A DNA stretch of 16,249 nucleotides. Source: a bacterium. GTDB lineage: Bacteria; Zhuqueibacterota; Zhuqueibacteria; Oceanimicrobiales; Oceanimicrobiaceae. The position numbers and the translations under genes are program-made. Of this stretch, positions 15,461-16,249 are shown piece by piece. The notes under the pieces are model-generated. The model made no database searches. It saw nothing but the letters and a program-made list of their open reading frames with translations, and was not told the origin of the DNA. The stretch is from assembly GCA_037446635.1 (NCBI GenBank), contig JBBIIG010000014.1:1-16249 (forward strand), in the 5' to 3' direction. Positions within the stretch are counted from its first letter, which is position 1. Each line of letters begins with the position of its first letter.

Positions 15461-15994
15461 ATGGATTATCCAATGCGCGCTGATCTAAAAATCGGTAATA
15501 AGTTTCCTGATTTCGAGTTGCCGGATCAGACCGGCGAGATTCGAAAGTTATCGCAGCTTTTGCGCGGCTTTCCCGGCGTTCTCATTTTCAGCCGCGGCTA
15601 TTTCTGCCCAAAAGACCGGCGTCAGTTGACGAACTACGTGGCCCACCTGCAGCCTGAGTTTCGGGTCAACTACTGCAAAATGATCACCGTCTCGGTTGAT
15701 GACAAGATGAACACCAATGAAACGCGGGAGGCCCTGGGCGCCGATTGGCCATTTCTGATGGACCCGGATCGACGACTGCTTCACGAATTGGAGATGGTTG
15801 ACACTACCGATCCGGCACACGGCGAGATTTACATCCCCTACACTTTTATTCTGGATCGCGACCGCACGATCTACAAAATCTATAACGGCTGGTGGTACGT
15901 TGGCCGACCCACGGTGGAAGAAATCCGCATGGATTTGCGCGCCCTGATGAGCCGACGCCATGATTGGATCTATCGGAACAAAAACGTGCAGTAA
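15461..15994 (+). CDS. AhpC/TSA-family redoxin with single-Cys motif (GYFCPKD)
   Basis: GNKFPDFELPDQTG, FSRGYFCPKD, WPFLMD, PYTFILD and YNGWWYVGRP. AAGGAG RBS. Confidence 0.87.
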   Translation: MDYPMRADLKIGNKFPDFELPDQTGEIRKLSQLLRGFPGVLIFSRGYFCPKDRRQLTNYVAHLQPEFRVNYCKMITVSVDDKMNTNETREALGADWPFLMDPDRRLLHELEMVDTTDPAHGEIYIPYTFILDRDRTIYKIYNGWWYVGRPTVEEIRMDLRALMSRRHDWIYRNKNVQ

Positions 15995-16065
15995 TGGAGC
16001 TTTAGAGTACTGGAGTGCTGGATTAATGGAATAATGGACTTAATTAAATCATCACTCCATCCCTC
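15995..16065. repeat. Second degenerate 8-nt-unit repeat/hairpin (TGGANNNN x6 with short complementary arm)
   Basis: TGGAGCTT TAGAGTAC TGGAGTGC TGGATTAA TGGAATAA TGGACTTA, then CATCACTCCATCC. Confidence 0.65.
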
Positions 16066-16086
16066 AGGCTTCCACAGGAGAAAGAC

Positions 16087-16249
16087 ATGAATCTTAGCGT
16101 CGAAGTTCTTTACTGCCGGGGCTGTCCTAATCACGAAACTGCGCGTCAGCTTCTCCGGGAAGTGCTGCGCGAAAACAATCTCAGAATCACTCTGCACAAC
16201 ATGCGTATCGATTCACACGGCGAAGCAGTAGCGAAACGTTTTCTAGGTT
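16087..16249 (+). CDS. Partial (3'-truncated) small thioredoxin-fold protein (DUF2703-like / alkylmercury-lyase-associated type); not in the ORF track
   Basis: AGGAG RBS, then ATG 16087: MNLSVEVLYCRGCPNHETARQLLREVL...IDSHGEAVAKRFLG, which matches ELLYxxGCPNH...EA...F.GSPT. Open to the window end. Confidence 0.8.
   Translation, partial: MNLSVEVLYCRGCPNHETARQLLREVLRENNLRITLHNMRIDSHGEAVAKRFLG

Noticed and set aside
10998..16065. CRISPR array among the repeats
   Set aside because: The repeats are either coding tandem units or short-period hairpins without unique spacers, and there are no cas genes.
9689..16249. Selenocysteine (in-frame TGA) in the redoxin/thioredoxin genes
   Set aside because: The active-site positions are all TGC/TGT, and the TGA codons seen fall at natural C-termini.
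1..16249. Genome-wide TAG reassignment
   Set aside because: Only one internal TAG was seen among about 20 genes, and two genes end plausibly at TAG.

Overview
Gene-dense bacterial accessory region, from a diderm host judging by the beta-barrel and lipoprotein genes. Almost every gene relates to heavy-metal or thiol-redox handling. Left block (+): the 3' end of a YVTN-propeller gene with a subtilase-prodomain-like tail, organomercurial lyase merB, a CsoR/RcnR-like repressor with non-canonical ligands, a secreted tandem-HMA protein, an outer-membrane beta-barrel and an NHL-repeat lipoprotein. Middle: nnrE and a CxxC hypothetical (-), divergent from a PAS-PAS sigma54 activator (+). The activator is followed by candidate enhancer palindromes and a -24/-12 promoter in front of an atypical receiver, a STAS protein and a SigR/SigH-like ECF sigma with no adjacent anti-sigma. 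Right block (+): permuted NlpC/P60 hydrolase, AhpC/TSA redoxin, a secreted YceI protein with four NPCNPC motifs, an exported FGE-family protein with a His-rich insert, a small membrane protein, a thioredoxin-like protein, a circularly permuted YpdA/TrxB-like flavoprotein fused to a membrane polyferredoxin but split by one in-frame TAG, a second redoxin and the start of a thioredoxin-fold CxxC protein. No merA, merR, merT or hgcAB is present in the window. Best hypothesis (inference): a non-canonical organomercury/soft-metal detoxification island with an unusual sigma54-to-ECF regulatory cascade. Several intergenic inverted-repeat elements are present. All calls come from motif recognition by eye; no database search was run.
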